Assembly (NCBI GenBank): GCA_002633005.1
Contig: NMRA01000324.1
Coordinates: forward strand, 438,624-502,623
DNA from: Phoronis australis
Lineage: Eukaryota > Animalia > Phoronida
Direction of reading: 5' to 3'
Length of the DNA stretch: 64,000 nucleotides
In this document: piece by piece, positions 37,321-50,212 of the stretch
Layout: every line of letters begins with the position of its first letter
Position numbering within the stretch: position 1 is the stretch's first letter
Made by a program: the position numbers and the translations under genes
Notes under the pieces: model-generated
Told to the model about the DNA's origin: nothing
Database searches by the model: none
Seen by the model: only the letters and a program-made list of their open reading frames with translations

Positions 37321-39463
37321 CTTCAGGTGTATACTTTGTGTTACTTCGTGACTATGAAGGAAAAGTTCCAAGTAGAAATTTGTTTCTGGCATTCTAGTGC
37401 TGTGCTAATCTCGTATGTTGGTAAATTTGTTTTTAATTCTATGTTTCTGTGGTGCTTTCAGCAACTGGTGTATAGTATGTGGTTGTATTCTGAAGATTAC
37501 TCACATTTTGCCCCTAGCCTATTGAGGAGACAGCAGGAGTTTTCGGAACTCGATGCTATGTCTACAATTTGAACAAGGTATGCCTTATCAGTGTTGTATT
37601 TACAGGTGGTATTGCAAAGAGAGTGAGAAATAGCCAGGCATTAAAATCAGTAATAAAAACAGTGTTCGTATCACAAATTCATTGGGAAAAATGAGTGTTC
37701 TGCAATGTACTAAAGTGAATTTGTATGTGAAAATGATGGAGGGTATTATTTTCCTACGTCTTGCATGTTACCAAAAAAAACAAGGAAAACATCGGTTTTC
37801 GTATCACAAATATACTAAAGTGAATTTGTATAAGAAACATCACCATTTGTGTTCTTGAGCTGTTAAATTTTAGCTTAAATAATAAATATTGGATAGATAT
37901 TGGAGAAAACTTCATTACATGAGAAAACTGGCTTGCATTTAAGTTGGTTTTTCCAATTATTACTAAAATAAAGGGTTCTCTCTTTGATAATAGTTATCAA
38001 TAAACATTTACATTTATCTTCAATTGTCATTTCTGGTGGCTTTCTGTTAAAGAACACCCTAAATCAGAATGGACACTGCAGATGTTGCAAAAAGTGCCTT
38101 CTTTAACATAAATGGGGCTTTAGATCAAATAAATTACGCCAACTTGTCATGTTCATTTGTCTGAAACATGTTCTTTATATAAACTACCACAGCATTATAA
38201 AAATGTTAATATTTTCAGTTTGGTTACCATGGATCAGTTAAAAACACAAATACAGTGTTATTAACTTTATTTGTATTGACATGTGCGTTAACTTAAACAA
38301 TTATATTGAATTATGGTAAAAACTTTTCAATTTTGTTCCAGAATCATTGTGAAAACTGACATTTTTGTTCAGGCTCAGTCAGTGGTAGTGGACCTCATTT
38401 TTCTTTGCCCCTGTTTAATGTTCACTTGTTAAATCATTGCAAATTAATTCCATGATAGCATGAAATTGTGCCAAATTGAAATAATGCAACTGACATCAAG
38501 GATTTCATTGTAATAATAGTTTTAATTTTTCTTTATTCAGGTGAACACAGAGGAATTTTGTTAGGAGATTCGGGCTACCCTTGACGAACGTTTCTAATGA
38601 CGCCATTTATTAATCCTGGTGATGATTCAGAGGTCCCTTTCAATAACGCATTATGAAGAGCGAGAGTGTTAATTGAGCAAACGTTTGGTATTTTAAAGCG
38701 CCGTTTCTCTTGTCTTCATGGTGAGTTGCGGGTATCTCCTCAACAGGCATGTCAATTTATTTACGCCTGCGCAATTCTGCATAACATTGGGATTGAACGA
38801 GGTGACATCTGTCCATCTGATGGAGAACCATTAGATCATGATGATGATGTCTTACAAGGTATTCCAGAGGATGTTGAGGATGGTAGGGAAGTTCGTAGAC
38901 ACATTGTTAATAATTATTTTTCCCAACCTTAATCTGAAAGTCATCATGTACTAATGGCTTTTCATCACATGAACAGAGAGTGCACCTCTTTCATTTCTAA
39001 TGTTGTGCATACCATAAAACCTGCTTTATAAGGTCATAGTCTAACATAAAACCCGTTACTTACATTTTCATATTCAGTTCCTGACTGCGTTGGATATTTG
39101 GAATATTGCACTCTTTATGCTTGATCGTCTCGACACCACATGTTTTCACGACTTATGAGGAACAACTTGACCAACAACATAAAAGTTTATCTGAGGCAAT
39201 TTGCTGAACCCAGAGTCCATTTGCAAAGCGAATTATATTCTCAACATTAAAATAGAAGGATGAACATCTAATCCAAATATGTCGATGGTCATATTGTTGT
39301 AAACTGGTGGAAGACTGGACAATTTGTTAAGCCATTTTGTTACTTTACTATAAATGCACTCACTGGCTTCAGCAGTGAAAACAGGGGTGGACTATCTCCT
39401 TATGCTGAACGTGCCAATCAATTTTATGAACAGACGACTCAAGTAAAGTCTGAAAATTGGTAG

Positions 39464-40412
39464 TTTTTATGCGCCCACATATTTATATGTGAACGCATTA
39501 TGCCGTCATCTCCGTCCGTCTGGTGTCCACTGCTCTATCTCCAAAACCCTTTGACATACGTTCATGAAATTTGGCACATATGTTCCATTCTTGAATGGGA
39601 CAGCATGAGCGAACTTTCGGACGGATCTAACTACCAATATGCCCTCTAGTGTCAATTTTAGTTTTTACGCTTACCTTTGTATCTTCAAAATTCCTTTACG
39701 GAATTCCAAAAAAATTGACGATGACTTTCGGACAGATCTGACTACTGGTGTAGCCCCTGGTGGCAAATTTAGGTTTTACATTTACCTCTGTATCTTCAAG
39801 GGTACTCGACCGATTTTTATAAAATTTTAAACACAGGTATCTGTTGGTGAGATGACGCTATCCTAGTTTTTGGATGGAATCAAGGTATTTTGTACCACCT
39901 AGTGGCCATATTTGCTGTTTTCGAGTCTGTTTTTTGGCGTCCAGCCCTCTATCAACCATATATGTTTTTGAAAATTGGCGCTTATGTTCTCTGTGTGAAG
40001 AGGATGGTTGACGATGACGACTTTGACTACTGTGGCTTCTGCAATAGTAGTTTTGTTTTGTTTTGCGCCTAAACCCACTGCTGGGTCTTTTTTAAATTTA
40101 GTAAGTGTATTTATATGAAGCTAACAACAGATAATGATGACTGTCAAGTGGATCCAATGAACACTGTGCCCTCTTGTGGCTGTTTTCATTTTTTTCAATT
40201 TTTCTTTGTTTCTCTGAAGGTCGGTGACAGATTTCTATGAAATTTGGTGAATAGCTTTCTATTAAAGAAGCTATGACATGTTCCCATTTTGGGATGGATT
40301 GTACATTTTTGCCCCATCTAGTGGTCATTTTAATGACCAATAAACAACCCTAAAAGCACACCGTTTGCAATGCATTCGTTGGCGTATTTCAACGCTCCGC
40401 GTTGCTCTTGTT
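39464..40412. mobile_element. HINE/Helentron-like repeat, same family as 36177-37320, apparently complete
   Basis: Same start hairpin and GTCC repeat; ends with hairpin CAACGC-TCC-GCGTTG then CTCTTGTT in a T-run. Confidence 0.72.
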
Positions 40413-43062
40413 TTTTTACGTGAACCAGTGCATACAAATGTTTTCGGTGAACATATGTTGTGACTAAAAATATCAGAAGAAAAAATCTAAGCAAACAATG
40501 TGACCGCTTTTTTCAGTCCGGTCAGAAAGATTACTATTGGTTACAACTTTGAATTATGTGACAAACTGACAGAAAGGTAGAGGCATTGCTTTGAGATCTA
40601 CAAGCTCACCGTTTCAAGGGGTGATTAATTTTCACCGCCCCTGTTCTGTCAGCCTGTTTCCCTCTTGACGAATTTTGGAAGTACATGTAATGTTTTTGTT
40701 GACAATGCAATTGTCAGGTCGGCTTCCACTGGTCTCTGCCAATAATCACAATGACAAGATTTTTAGTCGACACCTATGTAGTCACGTGACATGTTATTTC
40801 ACTGTATCTCTTAGGCGATGCTCCCCCTGGTCGCTGGCTACAAACCTAAGATACATTTTAAGCTTTGATAAAGCCATATATCATTTTTCTATTCAATCGG
40901 CCTGTAGAAAAATGTCATGTACTGTTAAATTTCATAAAACAGTACAGCATTAGTGTATGACTCGGGCCAAAGTCTTTACATTTAAATATCAGACTATGAC
41001 CTTAAGTACCAGATTTTATGGTACCATGATACTTTTAATGCTCTCGTGCAGATGTATGTGAGTGTGTATTACCATGTCTGTTTGGGCGTCATGCCTTTTG
41101 TGAGTAAACCTAAGTTTATTTGTTCCAATTGTTTGCATTTATCTAATACTTGTTATGTGCCCATATAATTGTATGATTCAGGGCGGTGAGTGTGTTCCTA
41201 TTACAGAAAGCATTTCTTCCTTGATTTTGAGTCTTGGAGTCTATTTTCACTTTACTAGCATTGCACCCCATAGTGGGAATGTTTCAAATAATGATAATCC
41301 CTTGTATCTCTGCACCAGGCGATGCATGTATTGCTTTCCAATCAACACTTGCTGGTGCTCTTGTTATTATAATTTTGCATTACAATGTGTGCGTTATAGG
41401 GTGTTTTCTGTGGCGCTATTGCACTTCGAGCTGGTAGGGTGTTGCTAGTCGGCATTGTGGCTTACCTTTATTTAGACACTTGTAAATTTTTGGCATTGTT
41501 CACACAATGTGCCTTTTGAAATTGACATGCAAGGTCAATGAAAGTAGTTCTTTGTGAACACTGCTGTTAGTCAAACAAGTTTGTCAATTTGCATTTGTAA
41601 GTAAACAGTTTAGCAAAGGGGTTCTAATTTTGCCTGAGAATAAGTTTGTTTAATTACTCACTTTGGATGTTGAATGGCCTAACCCAAACATATTTTTATG
41701 GGCCAACTTTTTTATCTGCATGCATTTGCCAATCTATGCCTTATGAAAGTAATTGTAGGCATTGTGGTTAAAATTACCTTATAAATGAGTCGATGGCCGC
41801 CCTCAATTCTGCCTCTGATAAAACATTAGAAGGACCAGCATCAAATGTCTTTCTATAGATTAGAGCACGGTTGACAATTGATATTTTTGTGGCACCCTCA
41901 TTCAAATTTAATGTTTTCGGGATATTGAATTAACGGTTTTGATTTGCAGTGATATAATGGAAGGTGCATGTTTTGTGATGATATGGAATGATTAGCTCTA
42001 GAAGCATATACCTTCACATAATGTACATGCAACATGTCGAAATTTATTTGAACACAATATTCGTTAATGAATTCTCAACTAAGAACACAACAGAGGAAAA
42101 GTACACAACATTGAACCTGCTTTAGGTAAATATAGAACCTTAGAGAAATTTAGTTTTGGTCATCTTCAGAATATCTTTTCTCATAAATGGCTGATTGGAT
42201 TCAGTTGAAGCTTTCATATAGTTTGCTTTATGCAATGAAGTTCTCCTAACACTGTTGAAATGTTTTCGAAATGGTTCACTAGGAATGTTTATAATATCCA
42301 AAAATTAATTTATGTGATCTTTATGAAAAATGAGGCGGCTTGAAACGGAACTATAATTTAAGAACAAATATTATTTGGATTTTATTTTGTAATTGATTCT
42401 GTCGTCTGCTATGACATACCTTTCAGTTTTTGCTAAATTTTACTGAAAAACATGGTCAAATGACCAAATTAAACGCAGGTTGGTATGAAGTAAAAAATCT
42501 AATTATACGGAATTATTTCAGTAAGTGTTTACTTATGACTTATTATAGTTCGGTAGCAGCCCTTCCTCGCAACAAAGTTGATTGAAGGCACGACTGTACT
42601 TTTTGTTACACAGCTTAGTGTATACTCGTTCCTAGACTCTATAAAGTCACGTAACCTTGACATGAAAAACAACCCTAGTCGGGAAAGATTGAGACCAGTA
42701 GCCAAATGTAACGTTGGTTATCAATTCACGTGTCAAATGGCAGATTGTCTATGTTCAAATTATCTTGAATATCGTTGGACATAAGGCATGTTCCCTCTCC
42801 CGACGGTTGTTCATACATTTGCAGGGCGGATCCCTTCAATATCATTTTTACACCAACATTTATGTCACTGCTACTTCACTCCACGCCTGAAATAGGAGCT
42901 TGTATAGACTACGAACTAGTATACATTAATCTGTCTAACAAAAGTACAGTTGTGTCTTCAACCAAGTTTGTTATGTTGAAAAGTTTTATTAATGGTTATA
43001 GTAGATATTTGGTGAAATGTATATACTAGATGTAAGGTTCTACACAACCTTATTTAAAAAAT

Positions 43063-45087
43063 CTATTGCTCAGTTGCTACCTCACTGGGTGAGAAAAATG
43101 TTGATATGTCTATATTGAAATCTTTTTGCAAGTTCATGACCAAATTGAGCTTCTTCAGTTCAAGCACTTCTATATTGAGTTTCAGGCGCTTGTTGTCCAT
43201 TTTCAAATTTTCAAGTATAGCGTCGTCTATTTCATCCTTCCTTGTTTTGCTTGACTTTGGTTTGCTGTAAACTGAAATGAAAATCGCACATTACCAATAA
43301 GGATCATATGAAGTTTTGGTTACTTCCTTTTAGGAACACTTGTTCAGTTCATTTTAGACCATTTCTAAATCTCGCAGGTCTGTGTTAGTTTACGTCTGTT
43401 ATGTAGTTCACACCTTTGTTGTTTTCATTGTTCCACCTTTCAATTGTAATTCTAATTGTTCATGCATGTTATCCAATAAACAGTTTGCGTCAGACTACTG
43501 TTGAAAATCAAAGCGTTGTTTTAGTGGGAGTGTTCATAGTTGCTTATACTTGTAAGCACAAATGTCCTACCCACTTGAGCGCTAGCATGTTAATAAGTAA
43601 TCAAGGTTAATTACTTCTTTTCTGGCTGATCACTGGCTCTATCTCATCTTCGTCACTGTCTGGAAGATTGAAAAGTAATCGTTAACCTTTGAAGTACTTT
43701 CAGCATAGCGAATTGTCGCAAATTACAAAAATGTCAACATTTTGGAAAGTAACTAATTTATTAATGGCTACCAACAACCGTCATACCTTTTGCATCATCC
43801 CCGCTGTGTTCAGTCATGCCAAGATCTGGAAAATTCAAACGTAGAATAGAACATGCGATTTAAAGTCAATCATTCAGTGGAAAAGTCAACACATAGGTGT
43901 AATGTATCTAGAGGCGGATCTACGGGGTTCAGCTGATTCAACCCCCCCGTCGGGACAAGATCGAAAATAAAAAAAAATTAAAAAACGCCAGAAAAATGAA
44001 ATCAGCTACTAAAGACCAAAAAATCTTACACGGAAGGAGGTTTTCCAACCTTCTCTGCCGTATGCGCCTCGGATTCACGCGAATCCTCACCTCCCCCTAC
44101 TGAAAACGTAGATCTGCCACTGTGGTTATTTATTTTACAAGTGTCGGGCATAAACAATAATTTGCATTTGACGCAAAACAAAACCACTCACCATCTGTTT
44201 CAAAACCTCCCTGGATGCCAGAGACTTCAACCCTTTCATTGAAGTGAGCCAAAATGGCCTCGTCTCTGGCATCCAAGTCTTTTGCAGGTGGCCCACCGCC
44301 GGTCTTTTTGGCACTCTTCTTAAGTTCATCAATTTTTGATTTAGCTGTGGGATGAATTAAACGAAGGATAGTTAACTCAAATTACATTAATGATCTGCGC
44401 TGGAGTGTCTGAACCCATGATTTACATCGTAGAAACCGGCGGCACTACAGAACCCCCCCCCACTAGACATGGAGTACTTGGAAGTATATTTAGTGTTAAC
44501 GGAAGGGAGTGGGAGTCAATGTTGTGAAGTATAACTAGGAAATTATAAAATGCAATTACAATATGCATACCAAATAAATTTGGATAATATACAAAAAATA
44601 CACTCTGACTTTTAGGTAGGCATTCATATTTTCACGTAAATTATTAAACGTAACAGGAAGTCAACTAACAAACAGCAATTATCTTATTTCAAAATTGCTT
44701 ACATCTTTGCTTTAGGTTTTGAAATTTTTTCCTACATTCCTCTGGCGACCTTTTGGTCGTGAACTGGCTGAAATTAAATGAATACAGTAAATCAAATTCT
44801 GGACAAACTGAAATTAACAGTGTCATTCAAACTATATAATATGTTCACTAATGTGTATATCGCACTGTGCGCACTGAAACTCACCTACTTATGAATTTGG
44901 CCACCACTTCCCACCCCGACCTTTTTTTGGCTGCCGATTTTATAGCTCCTGACCCCCGATGGTCTCCGAATAACGTGCTTTCCATGGCCATGACCTTTTC
45001 TATAAGGGAAGTTTCTTCTGCGGTTGTCCACAGGCGTCGTTTGGCAGATGCGATGGCTTGACTGTTCGATGGTGTAACGTTTTCCAT
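43063..45087 (-). CDS. Harbinger-associated Myb/SANT-like DNA-binding protein (Myb_DNA-bind_5/NAIF1-like), 6 exons, about 237 aa, apparently intact
   Basis: Exons 45087-44885, 44767-44703, 44344-44192, 43825-43787, 43659-43615, 43271-43063. All junctions are GT-AG and phase-compatible; 714 nt with no internal stop. Motifs WTTAEETSLI...LFG...KKRSGWEVVA...RSPEECRKKFQNLK...KKTGGGPP...GIQGGFET and a C-terminal coiled coil. Confidence 0.88.
43910..44122. mobile_element. hAT-like MITE in a Myb-gene intron; same family as 59362-59594
   Basis: Ends AGAGGCGGATCTAC ... GTAGATCTGCCACTG; aligns along its length with the reverse complement of 59362-59594. Confidence 0.75.
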
Positions 45088-47934
45088 GCTAAAAGACAGT
45101 TGTCATCCGTGATAACCATTCTAATAAATTGTTACTTCAGTTATGTCTCACGTAAAAAACCCGACGATTCGCATGCTATTTTGAATGACAACCTGATCGA
45201 GCCCATTTTCCACGGTGTTGTGCATTTGAAACCATGGCAACATAGTGCATTTTTCCTAACTGAGTTATTAACGTTTTGCGAACCCCACGAAATATCCACA
45301 GTTTGCTACATTTGGAAATATATTAACTTTGAAATGGATAATCGGACTCAAATGAATTTTCAGTAAGTTCGATTTATGCCACTCAACGACGCAATAAGGG
45401 ATTGGTTTTAAGTGTTTTTCAAGTTTTCGCCAAGTGCTATTAAACGATGGTTTTTGATTTTTATGATTTTTTTATACCAAAGTAGTTTAATGTTGCAAAA
45501 CGCAAAACCGTCGACGGAAGCAACTATGTATTTTCAAACCTTTCGATGTAAGCCTAGTATAGAACACATGACAACCGTACAGTTAAACCGTTTACTTGGC
45601 GACCCCTAGTACAGAAGCGCTGGTTAACTAAGAAGTTCAAAGCGAGGAGTTGAGCAGAAGACATGGGACACTGACGGAGCGCTGGCCAAAATAACGGTGG
45701 CTTTTGGGTTTAAAAACGTATCTTTTCCCGTAATTTGGCAACAAAAGGGTTGTCGTTTGCTCAAACACTGGAAAGGTTTTCGATCCGAAACTGTTTAGGT
45801 AAGGTGAGCCTACTTTGCTTTCCGTTTATAACTTTTCACTAATACCACACTACTTTATGAATCAATGTGAACGGTTTCTCTGTATATTGACCTCGTTGTA
45901 TGCAATATCACTCAAATACTTACATTTTTGGCTGGTGTGACTTTTCCACTCAAAAGCAGACGATCACGTAGTAGAGGGCGCACTTCTCGCAGAATTTTTT
46001 TTTTATGCAATTCACAACACAGGAGAGTTCCTTGGTAACTCGAGTACGATTTCTCTAGTAAACTCGATTTCGAGTCGACTCGAAAGTGAACATTGGGCAC
46101 GCAATTTCGAGTTCGACTCGACTGAGACAGATTTCGAGTAGAAATTTTCGAGTCCGAGTTCGAGTTCTAGTCTGACATTAGGCACCGGGCCCTGGTTTCG
46201 CTTCATTATAAGTTCTTAGATGTTTGATACCGAAAAAAACAGAATTTCACAAGAAATTGTTCAGCTGCCAAGCTATCATCTCCCGAGAGATGTCAAAAAA
46301 ATTAGGAAATGGCGCGTGCGCGTGACACGAGCGTACTGTTTTCAAAACGACGACATACTTTTCATTGTTAGAAACGGCGGAGAGTTACGCAAGAAAATGA
46401 CGTTTATTTCATCGTTTTTCACTTAATAGGCTGTAATGGGCAAGGTGAGTGTCGGTTGATTTCCTGATTTGGCATGCACCCCGTCCGGTCTTTAGCTTTA
46501 CATGTTGATACAAGTTTCACGGCGCGGTGACGAGCAGAATTGCCCTGGCTGCGTGCATTTTCGGGGTTTACTGAAGAAATACACACAGTGATATCTAGCT
46601 GTCTTTTGACGACTGTCTTCATAAAGCTAGCTGGTTGGCTACCTGAACCCTTGTTTTGTGTAAATTTTTTGAGTTTTGCGTTTTGATATCGACGGCTGTA
46701 TTGAACAAGTGAAGCATCGATGAAATTTTTGGTCCCGAATGTCATACTTTGTGGTGTATATTGATAGTGTATTGGTTACGATACGAATCTTAGGATGACT
46801 GTGAGATGTACCACAGGCGTCCGCAGCCTCTGGGTCTGATTGTCTCAAATACACTATGAAACTAAAAGGTCTGGCACTCCGCTTTTGAGAAGATTTTTGT
46901 GTGAAATGAAGTACTCATGGAGTTTCTAGTTCCGAGTGTCATGCCTTGTGGTAACATATAGTGTATTGAGGATGATCAGAAGTTGAGGATGCCTCTGATT
47001 TATAACACAGGCCGACGAATTTCCCAATGACTAATAAGTTAACCATACAATGTAAGAAAAATAAAGGTTGGACAATAAAATTTTGCCAAGCTTAGGCTCC
47101 TAGCTTCAACTGTTCTAAATCCAACTAAAATCTGTGTGCACCTCCTTCAAACAGGTAATACATAAACAAGAATATTCCTGACATTTAAACCTGTGGTGCC
47201 CCTGATGATGAAAAGTGTTTCTTTTTCAAAACGTTGTGTCTGTAGTTTAGTGGTATTATATGAAACAGAAACCATAGGGCATTGAAAATTAGAACACAGT
47301 TATGCTCACGTAAATTTTGTAAACAGGAATGGTAATTAACAATTAAATATCGGAAAATGTTAACGGCCTGTTCACTCATTTTAATGAAATCTGCAACTTC
47401 TACATTACCCGTATGTTGTACGTCTGTAAGTTGAGTAATAGAATCTTGCATTTTTGGAAGGGTTAGTTTTAAAAGATGCACCTGGGGGTGTCACTACTGC
47501 AATATACTTGTGCCCTCTTTGTATGCACTAATAGCCCAAATGCGCATCCAGGAATATCCCTGCATAAACATCAGAAGCTTTCTTTCCTTGAACCCATTGA
47601 ATTGTCCATGTGGTGAATAATGAATTGGTTCCGCAATATTCATTACAAACAAAAAAGTCTGAAATCAAGGAGGCTCAATAGTTAACATGGCGGATTTCAC
47701 TTGTGCATTAACTTGTACGACTGTCGAAGGTAACATATTGAAGTTATGCAATCAACCATTGTGTCAAAATCAAGAAATGTGTCTGCAATATATACATCCA
47801 TTTACGTGTGTAACTTGCTTCATCTTAAAGCTCATTTTATCAATTAAAATAAACATAGAATTTAATTGCAAGAACCTATTGGGTGTTTTTTATTGATATT
47901 ATAAACTACCTCTTGTTAGAAGCGAAACGAACAA

Positions 47935-48700
47935 TTGGCTTTGGTGGAGATTTCTAATGTCACACCATACGTTTAGTTGCAGGAAATTATAATGTAGCTA
48001 TCGGTAACTGCCGGTTTTCGGAATAATCCTAAGTTAGTGACTCTTCGGTTTGAAACAAAAGCTATTTTACAAACCCAGAGTTTAAATACGTCCATAGCGA
48101 CATTAAATTATATAATGAACACTCAATTAACTTTCGTGCTCAGGCTAAAACAGAGCTTCGGAATTGCTTCAGTAGTCTATGATCAATGCAGATGTGTACG
48201 AATGCCGTGAACGTCAAAAATAACCTTGATAGGTTTCAACATTTGTGTTTGCAAATTACCAGACTTCCATTTTCGTGTAATTTGCTTCAACTTATAGCTC
48301 ATTTTTCACTTATTAGTAACTTCCAATTTAAATGCAAGAACCTACCCAGTGTTTAATCTTCACTTTATGGACTACTCTTGTTTGCAGCGCAACCAACACT
48401 TGGCTTTGGTGGAGATTTCTGATGTCAATCCATGAATAAAGTTGCAGGAAATTACCTGCCGATTTTCGCAATAATTCTTCTTCGGTTTTAAACAAGGTTA
48501 TGTTACAAACCCAGAGTTTAAGAACATTCATAGAGAAACTAGATTATTTAACAGACATTCAACTAGCATTCGTGGGCAGGTTAAAGCAGAGATTCAGAAC
48601 TCCTCCGGCACTGTCTATGAAAAATCCTAATGTGTACGAAGGTCGTATGCCATGGACGTCAAAAAATAACCTTCATGGTTTTCAACATTATGTTTGCAAA
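47935..48700. repeat. Diverged tandem duplication, period about 465 bp
   Basis: TTGGCTTTGGTGGAGATTTCT at 47935 and 48400; TTACAAACCCAGAGTTTAA and ACGTCAAAAAATAACCTT also recur. Confidence 0.7.
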
Positions 48701-50212
48701 TCACTACTGAAAGGCAGCTTAATTTGATAAAGTGAAAGAAGGTATGCAAAGTTTTGCTTGATGCTGATTTCGTTACGCTTCATGTACATTTGATGAGAAA
48801 ATTCTGATCAAACCAATTTTAAAGTCCAACCTTTATATTGTATTGTGTGAGTGACGTCAGTTGTTATCGAGCAACAAATAAACTAAAGTTTCTGGTTTGT
48901 ATTTGCCAGTTTCGCGCCAGTATGATTCTGTTTGTTATTTTAAAATTATGATAACGAAATACCTCTCACTAAGTAATTAAAAATAGCTCCTGATCTTCAG
49001 TTTTTATGAAACACCTGCTACTATAGAAAAGTTGAGAACATTGCTAGGCTGAGACACAAACCCTAAGGGTTCTAAAGGTACTTCCTACTGGTTCTAAACG
49101 GCTGTTCGTTTGGGGATTCCTCCTTGATGGATGTTTTTTTGTTTATTAGCGTAGCTTTTTTGGGTTTTCTCCATCAAATAGGTTAAGTACACAGTGTTTT
49201 CATAGTTTTTCTAGGGGTCAATGAAGTTGAAAAATTGCTTATGTGACCCGTTTCTCTCATGTAAAATTGCTTTACTTAAGTTTGATTTCGACCTCCGAAA
49301 CTGTGCTGTGGGGCTTTAAAAATGGTTATGAACTTCCATCTATTTATTATATGCCAAATTTACATGTTCTCACTCATTTTACATGTTTCGAAACGAAAGT
49401 TCATTGGCCCAAATATCAAAATCCAAAATAAAGATTTTATGAAACATGAACAATCCCAGTTTTGTTGCTGTGATCACTTCTTCAACAGCATCGTTGACCT
49501 TGTGCATCGTACAATATAAGCGGCAATCAGTCTCATCTTCAAGCCTCATAATGGCGCAGATCAGCTAAGCCATTTAATGCTTGCTTATGGGAAATCAAAT
49601 GTGTCAGAAATTTTACGGGAATTGCCGGAGTATCACAAGTAATTTCGTAATCTTCTGCAGTTGATTTAAAAATGAAAACTAACGGTATATTGAAGCAATT
49701 TAAGTCTATTTTTTTCAAAAATGATGTATTTTGATTCAAAACTAGGTGAACACTATTCATCAGTAAAAATTAAAAATTAGTACAACCTTGATTTCAGACA
49801 ATAACTAGAACAATGCCTTCTATTGCATGAATGGCGGAAATGTGAAAAAATAAGATCTGCCTTTGTTTTAATGACGCCATGACATTCGTAAATAGTTGCA
49901 CAAAATGTATTTACCATAACCAAGTCCCAAACGGCTGAACTGATGAGCGCCATCTTCAGGCTTGGGGACGAAGCTGACAAGGTCATATCAGTTTCATTTG
50001 TGTGTAAACGCACAACAAAACCGTCAATCGATGCTCATGAGAATTTTTGTAACAGATTGTGAAGTATTTTTAAGAATCCTGAAACGGTAACGAAATTGAC
50101 ATATTGGGAAAAATGGATTGAATAAGTAGTCGCTTATGAAAATACTTATTTTAAGAAACTGAAGTCCAAACTGCCGTAATGGTTTTGTTGACATAGGTGA
50201 AACGATTACATA

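Larger units (their letters stand above)
33519..38932 (+). pseudogene. Harbinger (HARBI1-like) DDE transposase pseudogene; exons 33519-33933, 35145-35260, remnant 37529-37577, 38541-38932
   Basis: Motifs [90 protein letters not shown], with GT-AG junctions. In-frame stops at 33909, 38582 and 38654; 5' part of exon 3 missing. Confidence 0.92.
33318..46191. mobile_element. Complete PIF/Harbinger DNA transposon (12.9 kb) with convergent transposase and Myb/SANT genes
   Basis: TIRs GGCCCGGTGCCTAATGTC(C/A)GACT(C/A)GAACTCGAACTCGGACTCGAAA at both ends, ACTCGA subterminal repeats, 3-bp TSD CTG (33315-33317, 46192-46194). Confidence 0.95.

Noticed and set aside
36982-37572. 196-aa ORF
   Set aside because: Reads through HINE tandem units; no protein motif. 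The transposase remnant is in another frame.
42616-42910. Imperfect TAGT.TATAC inverted ends suggesting a small element
   Set aside because: TIR match is poor and no TSD is visible.
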